Source: Methylophaga frappieri
Lineage (GTDB): Bacteria > Pseudomonadota > Gammaproteobacteria > Nitrosococcales > Methylophagaceae
Direction of reading: 5' to 3'
Length of the DNA: 32,000 nucleotides
Assembly: GCF_000260965.1 (NCBI RefSeq)
Contig: NC_017856.1
Coordinates: 510,001 to 542,000, forward strand
Shown here: in pieces, positions 17,299 to 27,500 of the stretch
How positions within the stretch are numbered: the stretch's first letter is position 1
Layout: the number at the start of each line of letters is the position of its first letter
The notes under the pieces: generated by a model
Told to the model about the DNA's origin: nothing
The model's input: only the letters and a program-made list of their open reading frames with translations
Databases searched by the model: none
Program-made: the position numbers and the translations under genes

Positions 17299-18247
17299 TG
17301 ACAGGGTTAACCGCCGTGGCGATGTTGATACTATCGGCCGACCAGGTTTCGGTCGTGCCTAGATTGCCAGAAATATCTTGGCCCGAGGCCTCCGCTTGCA
17401 CGCTGTCGGCAAGGTGCACCGTTAGTGCTCCCGGCGTGCCACTGTATTCTGCCACCGGTAAAAAACGAATATCGGCGGTGGCGGGCAGCACTAGAGCATT
17501 GCCCGATGACAAGCCTACGTTGGTGATCGTCACCCAGCCTGAACCACTGTTGTATTGCCAGCTACCTTCTGTCGCTGGATTAGCTGCGTTGCCAATAATC
17601 GCTATACCGCCAAGCGCTGTAGCGCTAGAGCCGCCAGCAACGGTATCGGTGCTGTCATCGTATTGTGAGCTGGTGATTACACTGCTCAGTGCAGCACCGG
17701 CTGGGTTGGTGTTGTCTTCATTAATCGACGCGAGTGTACCGCTGCCACTGGCAACCGGCGCATCGTTAACCGCAGTAATAGCCGTCCCTAAGGTAACGGC
17801 ATTGGCCGCATTAGAGAATGCGGTTGTGCCACCCGTGGCACCACCACTCAAATCAGCTCCCGCACCTGTAGCTACTGCACCACTAGAGCTATCGATTAAG
17901 CGCACGGTTAAATCACCCGGTGTGCCGTTCCAATCGGGTTGCGCTAAAAAGCGAACCTGATCGGTACTCGATAGTAAAAACGGATTCGCTAAACTGGCTG
18001 TCGCAGGGATAGCTAACCAGCCGCCACCACTGTTGTACTGCCACACACCTTGCGCGGCGGTCGCGGCATTATCAACAATCGCCACGCCAGCAAGGGTATT
18101 AGCCGTCGAGCCATTAGGTGACGGTATCGGTGCTGTCATCAAACCTTGGCCCAAAGATATTGCTGACCGTATCGCCCACCGGGTTTGCAGTGTCTTCTGG
18201 AACAGCCGGTAAACTGGTGCTCGCCGCTGTGCGCAGCGGTGCATCAT
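17243..18247 (-). CDS. Giant adhesin, fragment 4 (frameshifted piece of repeat copy 1)
   Basis: From aa 46 or so, the 334-aa ORF is the repeat sequence (NGSTANTLAGVAIVDN...). Its N-terminal about 45 aa (MMHRCAQRRAP...) is out-of-frame read-through. Confidence 0.6.
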   Translation of the reverse strand: MMHRCAQRRAPVYRLFQKTLQTRWAIRSAISLGQGLMTAPIPSPNGSTANTLAGVAIVDNAATAAQGVWQYNSGGGWLAIPATASLANPFLLSSTDQVRFLAQPDWNGTPGDLTVRLIDSSSGAVATGAGADLSGGATGGTTAFSNAANAVTLGTAITAVNDAPVASGSGTLASINEDNTNPAGAALSSVITSSQYDDSTDTVAGGSSATALGGIAIIGNAANPATEGSWQYNSGSGWVTITNVGLSSGNALVLPATADIRFLPVAEYSGTPGALTVHLADSVQAEASGQDISGNLGTTETWSADSINIATAVNPVNDHPSGQRCSYHAHLYRK

Positions 18248-21008
18248 TGACCGGAGTAATGGTGATTTGCAGGGTTTCTGAATCGGTCAACGCACCACCT
18301 GTGCCGGTGTTGCCTTGGTCATCAACATTAACCGTTAAGTCTTGGGTAAAAGCCACCGTGTTTTGGTCACCCGTTGGCGTAAACGTCAACGAAGCCAGTG
18401 CAGTATTAATGGCCGCTTTGGTGCCGGTAAACACCATCGCGGTATCGTTAGTGCCATCGCCAGTGCTAAAGGTTAGCCCAGCAATAGTGCTTAAATTAAT
18501 CGTGCCTTTAGGTGTGCCAGCGAGACTCAAACTGACTTGTAGGTCGCTGCCCGAATCATCGGCATCGGCAATAGAAATGCCGATTGCATTAGCGGTGCTG
18601 TCTTCTAAAACGGTGGGGTTAGCAGGCAGTGTGATAACAGGGGCATCATTAACCGGCGTTACTTCAACCGTGGTGTTCACCACCGTTGAGGTCTGCTGAC
18701 CATTGGCTGCAGCCTCTGAATTTTCATCGCGCACTGTCCAATTGATGGTGCGGTCTGCACTGCCCGGATTATCTGAGCTTGAGCTGTAATTCACAGTGCG
18801 CAATAACGATTGATATTCAGCTTTGGTGGCATTGCCGCTAATGGTGAGCGTGCCGGGCACCGAACTGTCTACCGTTAAACCCAGTGAAGTTGCCAGTGCT
18901 GCATCCAGCGCTAATGTATCACCCGCTGAGAAACCGCTGGCTATGGTAATCACCGCTTGGTTTAAGTCAGCATCATCAACATCGGCCAAGCTCAACGCGG
19001 GCTCTAATACCAACGCCGGATCATTTTCTATATAGGTGTGCGTGGTAGCTACACCGCTGACCACTGGGGTGTCATTGACAGGGTTAACCGCCGTGGCGAT
19101 GTTGATACTATCGGCCGACCAGGTTTCGGTCGTGCCTAGATTGCCAGAAATATCTTGGCCCGAGGCCTCCGCTTGCACGCTGTCGGCAAGGTGCACCGTT
19201 AGTGCTCCCGGCGTGCCACTGTATTCTGCCACCGGTAAAAAACGAATATCGGCGGTGGCGGGCAGCACTAGAGCATTGCCCGATGACAAGCCTACGTTGG
19301 TGATCGTCACCCAGCCTGAACCACTGTTGTATTGCCAGCTACCTTCTGTCGCTGGATTAGCTGCGTTGCCAATAATCGCTATACCGCCAAGCGCTGTAGC
19401 GCTAGAGCCGCCAGCAACGGTATCGGTGCTGTCATCGTATTGTGAGCTGGTGATTACACTGCTCAGTGCAGCACCGGCTGGGTTGGTGTTGTCTTCATTA
19501 ATCGACGCGAGTGTACCGCTGCCACTGGCAACCGGCGCATCGTTAACCGCAGTAATAGCCGTCCCTAAGGTAACGGCATTGGCCGCATTAGAGAATGCGG
19601 TTGTGTCACCCGTGGCACCACCACTCAAATCAGCTCCCGCACCTGTAGCTACTGCACCACTAGAGCTATCGATTAAGCGCACGGTTAAATCACCCGGTGT
19701 GCCGTTCCAATCGGGTTGCGCTAAAAAGCGAACCTGATCGGTACTCGATAGTAAAAACGGATTCGCTAAACTGGCTGTCGCAGGGATAGCTAACCAGCCG
19801 CCACCACTGTTGTACTGCCACACACCTTGCGCGGCGGTCGCGGCATTATCAACAATCGCCACGCCAGCAAGGGTATTAGCCGTCGAGCCATTGGTGACGG
19901 TATCGGTGCTGTCATCAAACCTTGGCCCAAAGATATTGCTGACCGTATCGCCCACCGGGTTTGCAGTGTCTTCTGGAACAGCCGGTAAACTGGTGCTCGC
20001 CGCTGTGCGCAGCGGTGCATCATTGACCGGAGTAATGGTGATTTGCAGGGTTTCTGAATCGGTCAACGCACCACCTGTGCCGGTGTTGCCTTGGTCATCA
20101 ACATTAACCGTTAAGTCTTGGGTAAAAGCCACCGTGTTTTGGTCACCCGTTGGCGTAAACGTCAACGAAGCCAGTGCAGTATTAATGGCCGCTTTGGTGC
20201 CGGTAAACACCATCGCGGTATCGTTAGTGCCATCGCCAGTGCTAAAGGTTAGCCCAGCAATAGTGCTTAAATTAATCGTGCCTTTAGGTGTGCCAGCGAG
20301 ACTCAAACTGACTTGTAGGTCGCTGCCCGAATCATCGGCATCGGCAATAGAAATGCCGATTGCATTAGCGGTGCTGTCTTCTAAAACGGTGGGGTTAGCA
20401 GGCAGTGTGATAACAGGGGCATCATTAACCGGCGTTACTTCAACCGTGGTGTTCACCACCGTTGAGGTCTGCTGACCATTGGCTGCAGCCTCTGAATTTT
20501 CATCGCGCACTGTCCAATTGATGGTGCGGTCTGCACTGCCCGGATTATCTGAGCTTGAGCTGTAATTCACAGTGCGCAATAACGATTGATATTCAGCTTT
20601 GGTGGCATTGCCGCTAATGGTGAGCGTGCCGGGCACCGAACTGTCTACCGTTAAACCCAGTGAAGTTGCCAGTGCTGCATCCAGCGCTAATGTATCACCC
20701 GCTGAGAAACCGCTGGCTATGGTAATCACCGCTTGGTTTAAGTCAGCATCATCAACATCGGCCAAGCTCAACGCGGGCTCTAATACCAACGCCGGATCAT
20801 TTTCTATATAGGTGTGCGTGGTAGCTACACCGCTGACCACTGGGGTGTCATTGACAGGGTTAACCGCCGTGGCGATGTTGATACTATCGGCCGACCAGGT
20901 TTCGGTCGTGCCTAGATTGCCAGAAATATCTTGGCCCGAGGCCTCCGCTTGCACGCTGTCGGCAAGGTGCACCGTTAGTGCTCCCGGCGTGCCACTGTAT
21001 TCTGCCAC
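18114..21008 (-). CDS. Giant adhesin, fragment 3 (repeat copies 2 to 3)
   Basis: This 964-aa ORF carries the same 592-aa repeat sequence as fragment 1. The ATG in the track is only the first in-frame Met after a frameshift. Confidence 0.7.
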   Translation of the reverse strand: MAEYSGTPGALTVHLADSVQAEASGQDISGNLGTTETWSADSINIATAVNPVNDTPVVSGVATTHTYIENDPALVLEPALSLADVDDADLNQAVITIASGFSAGDTLALDAALATSLGLTVDSSVPGTLTISGNATKAEYQSLLRTVNYSSSSDNPGSADRTINWTVRDENSEAAANGQQTSTVVNTTVEVTPVNDAPVITLPANPTVLEDSTANAIGISIADADDSGSDLQVSLSLAGTPKGTINLSTIAGLTFSTGDGTNDTAMVFTGTKAAINTALASLTFTPTGDQNTVAFTQDLTVNVDDQGNTGTGGALTDSETLQITITPVNDAPLRTAASTSLPAVPEDTANPVGDTVSNIFGPRFDDSTDTVTNGSTANTLAGVAIVDNAATAAQGVWQYNSGGGWLAIPATASLANPFLLSSTDQVRFLAQPDWNGTPGDLTVRLIDSSSGAVATGAGADLSGGATGDTTAFSNAANAVTLGTAITAVNDAPVASGSGTLASINEDNTNPAGAALSSVITSSQYDDSTDTVAGGSSATALGGIAIIGNAANPATEGSWQYNSGSGWVTITNVGLSSGNALVLPATADIRFLPVAEYSGTPGALTVHLADSVQAEASGQDISGNLGTTETWSADSINIATAVNPVNDTPVVSGVATTHTYIENDPALVLEPALSLADVDDADLNQAVITIASGFSAGDTLALDAALATSLGLTVDSSVPGTLTISGNATKAEYQSLLRTVNYSSSSDNPGSADRTINWTVRDENSEAAANGQQTSTVVNTTVEVTPVNDAPVITLPANPTVLEDSTANAIGISIADADDSGSDLQVSLSLAGTPKGTINLSTIAGLTFSTGDGTNDTAMVFTGTKAAINTALASLTFTPTGDQNTVAFTQDLTVNVDDQGNTGTGGALTDSETLQITITPVNDAPLRTAASTSLPAVPEDTANPVGDTVSNIFGPRFDDSTDTVT

Positions 21009-21457
21009 CGGTAAAAACGAATATCGGCGGTGGCGGGCAGCACTAGAGCATTGCCCGATGACAAGCCTACGTTGGTGATCGTCACCCAGCCTGAACCACT
21101 GTTGTATTGCCAGCTACCTTCTGTCGCTGGATTAGCTGCGTTGCCAATAATCGCTATACCGCCAAGCGCTGTAGCGCTAGAGCCGCCAGCAACGGTATCG
21201 GTGCTGTCATCGTATTGTGAGCTGGTGATTACACTGCTCAGTGCAGCACCGGCTGGGTTGGTGTTGTCTTCATTAATCGACGCGAGTGTACCGCTGCCAC
21301 TGGCAACCGGCGCATCGTTAACCGCAGTAATAGCCGTCCCTAAGGTAACGGCATTGGCCGCATTAGAGAATGCGGTTGTGCCACCCGTGGCACCACCACT
21401 CAAATCAGCTCCCGCACCTGTAGCTACTGCACCACTAGAGCTATCGATTAAGCGCAC
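20975..21457 (-). CDS. Giant adhesin, fragment 2 (frameshifted piece of repeat copy 3)
   Basis: Its protein is identical to the corresponding part of neighbouring repeat units. It is bounded by homopolymer deletions. Confidence 0.6.
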   Translation of the reverse strand: MRLIDSSSGAVATGAGADLSGGATGGTTAFSNAANAVTLGTAITAVNDAPVASGSGTLASINEDNTNPAGAALSSVITSSQYDDSTDTVAGGSSATALGGIAIIGNAANPATEGSWQYNSGSGWVTITNVGLSSGNALVLPATADIRFYRWQNTVARREH

Positions 21458-21560
21458 GGTTAGATCACCCGGTGTGCCGTTCCAATCGGGTTGCGCTAAA
21501 GCGAACCTGATCGGTACTCGATAGTAAAAACGGACTCGCTAAACTGGCTGTCGCAGATAG

Positions 21561-24500
21561 CTACCAGCCGCCACCACTGTTGTACTGCCACACACCTTGC
21601 GCGGCGGTCGCGGCATTATCAACAATCGCCACGCCAGCAAGGGTATTAGCCGTCGAGCCATTGGTGACGGTATCGGTGCTGTCATCAAACCTTGGCCCAA
21701 AGATATTGCTGACCGTATCGCCCACCGGGTTTGCAGTGTCTTCTGGAACAGCCGGTAAACTGGTGCTCGCCGCTGTGCGCAGCGGTGCATCATTGACCGG
21801 AGTAATGGTGATTTGCAGGGTTTCTGAATCGGTCAACGCACCACCTGTGCCGGTGTTGCCTTGGTCATCAACATTAACCGTTAAGTCTTGGGTAAAAGCC
21901 ACCGTGTTTTGGTCACCCGTTGGCGTAAACGTCAACGAAGCCAGTGCAGTATTAATGGCCGCTTTGGTGCCGGTAAACACCATCGCGGTATCGTTAGTGC
22001 CATCGCCAGTGCTAAAGGTTAGCCCAGCAATAGTGCTTAAATTAATCGTGCCTTTAGGTGTGCCAGCGAGACTCAAACTGACTTGTAGGTCGCTGCCCGA
22101 ATCATCGGCATCGGCAATAGAAATGCCGATTGCATTAGCGGTGCTGTCTTCTAAAACGGTGGGGTTAGCAGGCAGTGTGATAACAGGGGCATCATTAACC
22201 GGCGTTACTTCAACCGTGGTGTTCACCACCGTTGAGGTCTGCTGACCATTGGCTGCAGCCTCTGAATTTTCATCGCGCACTGTCCAATTGATGGTGCGGT
22301 CTGCACTGCCCGGATTATCTGAGCTTGAGCTGTAATTCACAGTGCGCAATAACGATTGATATTCAGCTTTGGTGGCATTGCCGCTAATGGTGAGCGTACC
22401 GGGCACCGAACTGTCTACCGTTAAGCCCAGTGAAGTTGCCAGTGCTGCATCCAGCGCTAATGTATCACCCGCTGAGAAACCGCTGGCTATGGTAATCACC
22501 GCTTGGTTTAAGTCAGCATCATCAACATCGGCCAAGCTCAACGCGGGCTCTAATACCAACGCCGGATCATTTTCTATATAGGTGTGCGTGGTAGCTACAC
22601 CGCTGACCACTGGGGTGTCATTGACAGGGTTAACCGCCGTGGCGATGTTGATACTATCGGCCGACCAGGTTTCGGTCGTGCCTAGATTGCCAGAAATATC
22701 TTGGCCCGAGGCCTCCGCTTGCACGCTGTCGGCAAGGTGCACCGTTAGTGCTCCCGGCGTGCCACTGTATTCTGCCACCGGTAAAAAACGAATATCGGCG
22801 GTGGCGGGCAGCACTAGAGCATTGCCCGATGACAAGCCTACGTTGGTGATCGTCACCCAGCCTGAACCACTGTTGTATTGCCAGCTACCTTCTGTCGCTG
22901 GATTAGCTGCGTTGCCAATAATCGCTATACCGCCAAGCGCTGTAGCGCTAGAGCCGCCAGCAACGGTATCGGTGCTGTCATCGTATTGTGAACTGGTGAT
23001 TACACTGCTCAGTGCAGCACCGGCTGGGTTGGTGTTGTCTTCATTAATCGACGCGAGTGTACCGCTGCCACTGGCAACCGGCGCATCGTTAACCGCAGTA
23101 ATAGCCGTCCCTAAGGTAACGGCATTGGCCGCATTAGAGAATGCGGTTGTGTCACCCGTGGCACCACCACTCAAATCAGCTCCCGCACCTGTAGCTACTG
23201 CACCGCTAGAGCTATCGATTAAGCGCACGGTTAAATCACCCGGTGTGCCGTTCCAATCGGGTTGCGCTAAAAAACGAACCTGATCGGTACTCGATAGTAA
23301 AAACGGATTCGCTAAACTGGCTGTCGCAGGGATAGCTAACCAGCCGCCACCACTGTTGTACTGCCACACACCTTGCGCGGCGGTCGCGGCATTATCAACA
23401 ATCGCCACGCCAGCAAGGGTATTAGCTGTCGAGCCATTGGTGACGGTATCGGTGCTGTCATCAAACCTTGGCCCAAAGATATTGCTGACCGTATCGCCCA
23501 CCGGGTTTGCAGTGTCTTCTGGAACAGCCGGTAAACTGGTGCTCGCCGCTGTGCGCAGCGGTGCATCATTGACCGGAGTAATGGTGATTTGCAGGGTTTC
23601 TGAATCGGTCAACGCACCACCTGTGCCGGTGTTGCCTTGGTCATCAACATTAACCGTTAAGTCTTGGGTAAAAGCCACCGTGTTTTGGTCACCCGTTGGC
23701 GTAAACGTCAACGAAGCCAGTGCAGTATTAATGGCCGCTTTGGTGCCGGTAAACACCATCGCGGTATCGTTAGTGCCATCGCCAGTGCTAAAGGTTAGCC
23801 CAGCAATAGTACTTAAATTAATCGTGCCTTTAGGTGTGCCAGCGAGACTCAAACTGACTTGTAGGTCACTGCCAAAATCGTCGGTATCACTGATCGAAAT
23901 CCCGCTAATTGCATTGGCGGTGCTGTCTTCTAAAACGGTGGGGTTAACAGGTAGGGTTATAACAGGTGCATCGTTGGTGCCAGAAACCTCAATGAAAAAA
24001 TCTTCACTATCGGTATTGTTGCCATCAACACCAACGCCTTCAGTACCATTACCAACACCACCATCACGATCATCGGCAGTGGTGCGAATGCGCACAACGG
24101 TATCGACGTTGGCATCAGTTGGTGTATAAACCAGAGAATTTAAGGTCGCTTCAACATCAGCTGCTGTACCCGTTATTGTTATTGTTGCTGTGTTGTCATT
24201 ACTAATTATCGCACCACCCGAGGTAGTGGCCGTCAAGGTGCCATAAGATGCACCACCCACCGTATTGGTCGCTGCAACGGATACAGAGATAAGATCAGCG
24301 GCCCCCTCGCTGGTGTCGCGATTATCATTCAAGGTGAATGAACCACCTTCAGCATTAATGTTAATACTGGTGCCCGAATCTAGGGATAAACCATTGGTTA
24401 GCGTTGCGTTGATCGCTAAAACAGGAGCGTCGTTAACCGGCGTGATGGTAATATCATTATCGACTGTCGCCGTTTGTTGGCCACCGGCATGATCAAAATC

Positions 24501-27500
24501 GGCAATAGTAGATCTTAAATACAGCGTGCCATTGCCAAGGCCAGGGCCATTAAAATCGCCACGACCCTGAAAACGTAGTGCGTTCAATGCATTTTCAACA
24601 TCAGTAATGTTACCCGTGATGGTAATCGTATTAGAGTTATTACCAGTAATGACTACATCGGGCTGGCTGCTTAATCTTAAACGCCCCTCATTGGCGCTGC
24701 TGGCTAAAGTCGTGCGACCGGCATCATTAAAAAGTTCAATGGTGGCGGTAACGTCCTCATCAAAGCTATCGGCGTCTGATAGTGCAAAACCGCCTAATGT
24801 AATTTCTGCATCTTCGTCAACGGTAAAACCAGAAACATTGGTAATAACCGGCACGTCATTACTATTGGATACACGCAAAGTAATATCATGGGTCACACGA
24901 TTATTGGCGGCATTAATGGCGGAGCCATCATCGTTAACCGGGCCGCCATTGGCATTGGCAAGCAAAGATCCCGAGTTATCATATAGACGATCATCGGCAA
25001 CCACTCTAAGAATAAGATTGTCGTCATCAAGGTCAGCACTAAAGGCGATTGTTAGGCTGGCAAGCACGGCATCAATTTCTGCTTTAGTACCCTGCAAAAT
25101 CATCACATCAGTGCCTTTGCCACTGACAAAACTACTGGGGTCAGCGGCGGTATAATTTAATAAATTAGCACCCGTACCCACAACGCTTACCTCAATGCGC
25201 ATAAAATCAGTTTCGCCTGCCGTTATACCGTCGTCGAGATCTAAGTCAGCCAGCGTTATCACTGGTACAGCGGTAGTTGCAGCGCCCGCTGCGAAAACAT
25301 CCAAGTTATCGGGGCCGCTGATTTCAGCAATATCATTGGTGGGTGTAATTTCAATTAAAAACGTTGAGCCCGGAGGTGACGGCAAGCCTTGAGCAACACT
25401 GACAGAATCGTTCGATGTCCAATCACCATCGCTGACCACATAGTCAAACGAATCGTTGCTTGTTTCAGTGCCATCATGTTGATAACTGATCCGCCCAGAA
25501 TCTAGATCATCTTGAGTGAAAACCGAACCCACACCAAGCGCTGTAGTGTTTAAGAATAAGCTGCCATTATTGGTGGCATCGGTGATGCGATATTGACGCT
25601 GAATGCTTGAGTTATCGTCGTCGCCAAACACTAAGTGGGCGTTGCTCAAATTGGGGTCGGGTGTCGGCAAACCAGAACCGCTGACACCGTTAATAGTGGC
25701 ATAGGATTGCGCACCACCAATAACCCGCGAACCGCCCTCAACAACAGCACCAGCCTCACCGGCAATAAGCTGCCGTTTAGACACAAACGTAGTTGCATCA
25801 TTAGCAGGGAAAATAGTAATCGGGACGATTAAGGTCGAACCTTCTGAGCTAGCATTGGTGGCCGTTGGCACAACCACCCCCGAATCATCAAGAGGCACAA
25901 GAGAGAATGAATCAGAAAAATTTTCGCTGCCTAAATGAGTATAAGTCAAATCACCGTTTTGCAACTGGGCCAGGGTAACGATGGTTGTATTGGCGGTTAT
26001 CAGCACGCCATCAAGCCTCAACTCGCCATGCAGTGTGTCGACCGTTATTCTAAAGCTCAGTTCATCATTAACCGCATTGCCAGTTTCGTTATCAGAAGCC
26101 GAGTTATCTCTGTCGCTCAAAACAATATTAGCACCGTTGATAACAACGGTATTATTTTCACCGACAAAAATAGCACTATTATTGACAGCCTCCGGTGTGT
26201 CATTTTGAGGCGTTGCGGCAATACTGAACGACTGCGGTGCCGACTCTGTGTTGCCATCAGAAATGGTATAACTAAAAGAATCAACGAAGTCTTCATCGCC
26301 ACTATGAACAAAGCTGACGTTGCCGTTATTAATATCGGCCTGAGTAAAAGTTTGGTTATAGGTTAGTTCAGCACCATTGAGCCTAATAAGACCACTGGTT
26401 GGTAGTGAGACTAAGCGATACACCAGTTCATCTGGGCTGCTTTCAGCGTCGGTAATTAGCAGCTCAGTGTTACTAAAGTTAAAAGTGCCACCTTCGTTGA
26501 GGTCAGCCGCATCAATGGTGTTTGTGCCGCCACTGGTCGGCGGGGTATTAATGTCAGCGGCACCCGGAACAGGGTCAGGGCTAACAGTCACGGTATCGGG
26601 GACAACCACATCAAAGGTTATCGGCGTTAGCGGGCTGCCCTGTGAAGGATTATCGTAAATACCACCGTCTCGGCTATCTGGAAACAGTCGGATACCGCCA
26701 TCTTTTACCGTAAAGGTCATACTGTCGGTACGCGGGGTGTCGCTAAGTGTTACAAACGTTACATTGCCAGCATTAATGTCTGCTTGAGTAAACGTAGCGC
26801 CAACGGTGAGTGTTTGGCCATTAACCGTAAAATAACCCTCTGCTGGGTTGGGAACACTGGTTAATGTATAAGTTAACGAGGTGTTGGCCGAATCAACATC
26901 AGTCACCTCAAGCATAGCGGGGGTCAAGGTGATCGAAGTAGAACCCGGTGCCATAGTCTGAGCTACGTTTGTATTCAGCACTGGGTCATCGTTGTTGGGC
27001 ACGATGTTTAACTGAATGGTCGCCGAATCAGAAAGCACATTGCCTTCACCACCACCATCATCTTGAACCTGCATATTAAAGCTATCAGTGCTGTTTTCAC
27101 CGCCTGAGTGGCTGTAAGTCAGCAACCCTGGGTCGGCAACAACAAAAGGCGTGCCCACGCTCGCCGCAACAATGGCCACACCGTTGTAAAACAGCGTACC
27201 GTTAATAGGTAAGCTAGTAATCTCGTAGTTTTGTGCTGTGCCACCCTCTGGGTCAAAAAAGCTAATCGCACCTCTCGAGCTATTAAATGGCGCGATTAAT
27301 AAGCCGTTATCGGCAAGATTGACCGCAGTCTCCCCCTCAATAACAGTAATTGAGCCCTCTAAAGTCGGTGCCTGATTAATCGGATTAATATTCACTGAAA
27401 CCGACTGGTTGGTGATCAATCCACCGGCTCCATCATCAACAGTAATTAAAAAGGTATCTGTTGTCACCGAGGTGACTTGTGAACCATTGTGTTGATACGA

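Larger units (their letters stand above)
16866..23872. repeat. Tandem array of about 3.9 near-identical 1776-bp (592-codon) units inside the giant adhesin gene
   Basis: The unit phase marker catcattaaccggcgttac recurs at 16866, 18644, 20420 and 22190, giving spacings of 1778, 1776 and 1770. Copy 4 decays into diverged sequence from about 23872. Apart from the six indels, copies 1-3 differ from one another at only about three single-base positions by eye: the alternating c/t site and two copy-3-specific changes. Copy 4 carries about seven further copy-specific substitutions. Confidence 0.95.

Noticed and set aside
17243-21563. Frameshifts considered as programmed ribosomal frameshifting or slipped-strand phase variation.
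   Set aside because: The affected tracts are only 2-6 nt, with no slippery heptamer plus structure. The breaks differ between otherwise identical copies, and four of them cluster in one 550-bp patch. Sequencing or assembly error or plain decay explains this better.
16866-23872. Regular periodic repeats considered as a CRISPR or other non-coding array.
   Set aside because: The period is 1776 bp with no short repeat-spacer structure, and the repeats are in-frame coding units of the adhesin.
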